Assembly: GCA_965649765.1 (NCBI GenBank)
Contig: OZ287753.1
Span: forward strand, 17,732,001 to 17,796,000
DNA from: Bispira polyomma
Taxonomy: Eukaryota
Reading direction: 5' to 3'
Length of the DNA: 64,000 bases
The notes beneath the pieces were generated by a model. That model saw only the letters and a list, made by a program, of their open reading frames with translations, did not search any database and was not told where the DNA came from. Positions 63,901 through 64,000 of this stretch are shown here, piece by piece. A program made the translations under genes and the position numbers. The first letter of the stretch is position 1. Each line of letters begins with the position of its first letter.

Positions 63901-64000
63901 AAACTTATGCTAATAATCAGCCAAGAAATTTGAATTAAAATTGAATTCAATTGATTTTAATAGCGATTTACTGTGAAGTTCTTTGATATATCAGTCGAAA

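Overview
AT-rich, repeat-dense animal genomic DNA, probably molluscan (inferred from the SINE, Helentron and L2 content). The only clear host CDS is a single-coding-exon allatostatin-C/somatostatin-type GPCR (8767-10155, minus). The window holds two related tyrosine-recombinase (YR) retrotransposons of the Ngaro type (gag, RT/RNase H, YR; no methyltransferase). E2 (53794-60985, minus) is complete and young, with split direct repeats A1-ORFs-B1-A2-spacer-B2. E1 (about 25740-31726, plus) has a truncated YR and is bracketed by a 343-bp direct repeat. Comparing the two suggests a retrovirus-like expression programme. (i) Both have a phase-1 splice donor at the same point in gag and a phase-1 acceptor just after the RT stop, so splicing would give an in-frame zinc-finger-Gag(N)-YR fusion. 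(ii) E2 links gag to pol by an A_AAA_AAC plus hairpin -1 frameshift signal, whereas E1 has gag and pol in frame across a single UAG. (iii) Both leaders carry CCAAT, E2F and YY1 motifs in the same order. Also present: L2-clade LINE relics, a fold-back MITE interrupted by an L2, a Helentron-like element with an internal satellite, many SINEs and MITEs, an old duplicated promoter/exon-like block, and a 50-bp tandem amplification of the GPCR's last codons. All splicing and recoding claims are sequence-based inferences that still need transcript or reporter tests.
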